Made by a program: the position numbers and the translations under genes. The notes beneath the pieces are model-generated. The model was not told the origin of the DNA, did not search any database, and was given only the letters and a program-made list of their open reading frames with translations. A stretch of 63,694 bases of DNA, filler included, from Octopus bimaculoides (lineage: Eukaryota), in NCBI RefSeq assembly GCF_001194135.2. It is 7 parts of 5 records of this genome, joined end to end, with 100 filler letters (N's around TTAATTAATTAA, not from the genome) between each part and the next. Parts side by side here need not be neighbours in the genome. Positions count along the whole stretch, not along the records: positions 62,117 to 63,694 come from NW_026406530.1; 6 more parts are not named here. The stretch is one strand, 5' to 3'. This document shows positions 63,228 to 63,694 of this stretch, in pieces (the stretch's first letter is position 1; the number at the start of each line of letters is the position of its first letter).

Positions 63228-63694
63228 ATGATTGCTAGTGGCGATCCCCCAAAAAACATCATCACTGCTGCACTGAAAAACAATGGCTTTCACAGAACCA
63301 CTGATCAGATAGAGTGGAAGGAGAATGAATTCCTCCGCTCGTATGCACTCATCAGACCACACATTGACACCCTAGATGTCATAATCGAAAACCAATGTGG
63401 AAAGGCTGATAAGGATGGAGAGGAGGAAAAAGAAAAAACACCCGGAAGTCTTTCTGACCCAGTGGCTCCTCAAAAGAATGGATCACCCACTCCTGTGAAC
63501 AACCAGGCAGAAAAGGATAATGGAGCCAAGGAAGCAGCAATTAAAAGCCCCTCTGTGCCAGTGGTCCTACAAAGGAAAGGAGCCCTCACCCCAATAGATA
63601 ACCAGAGGAAAACAGCACCCACAAGAAAAGGAAAAACGGAACAAAGGTATAAAGAGGTAAAAACCGAAACCCCATTCCACCAAACAAAAAGTAG
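63228..63694 (+). CDS. Unidentified ORF open to the window end (155 codons; possibly a retroelement ORF N-terminus)
   Basis: ATG at 63228 gives MIASGDPPKNIITAALKNNGFHRTTDQIEWKENEFLRSYALIRPHIDTLDVIIENQCGK followed by a K/E/P-rich region, with no stop before 63694. Absent from the ORF track because it has no stop. Confidence 0.5.
   Translation, partial: MIASGDPPKNIITAALKNNGFHRTTDQIEWKENEFLRSYALIRPHIDTLDVIIENQCGKADKDGEEEKEKTPGSLSDPVAPQKNGSPTPVNNQAEKDNGAKEAAIKSPSVPVVLQRKGALTPIDNQRKTAPTRKGKTEQRYKEVKTETPFHQTKS

Noticed and set aside
62918-63238. 106-aa F/S/L-rich ORF
   Set aside because: It is the translation of a pyrimidine-rich low-complexity tract; the overlapping frame from 63228 is the more plausible coding one.

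Overview
Eukaryotic, AT-rich, repeat-saturated genomic DNA with no prokaryotic features. The SINE/LINE/microsatellite landscape is most consistent with an octopus (coleoid cephalopod) genome; this is an inference, not a database result. The window is not one locus: six 100-bp spacers (44 N + TTAATTAATTAA + 44 N) join seven pieces that are probably unlinked (1-7046, 7147-16691, 16792-37757, 37858-43539, 43640-49950, 50051-62016, 62117-63694). Recognisable content: a full-length decayed DD37D (maT-type) transposon; DD34D mariner remnants, including a two-TIR deletion derivative; RTE, CR1-like, Tx1-like and R4/Dong-like non-LTR fragments; Penelope-like elements (one with an internal inversion and a hammerhead-like core); about 20 copies of at least four tRNA-derived SINE families; and many microsatellites. 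No complete host gene is supportable, only a few weak candidate exons and one unidentified ORF running off the window end. The best lead is a Tx1-centred retroelement system. Four different 3' ends share a covarying 4-bp-stem/5-nt-loop hairpin before AATAAAG. Two divergent elements on separate pieces end at the same nucleotide of one SINE family's tRNA-like head. One of them appears to encode only ORF1, and a second SINE family carries a Tx1-derived tail.
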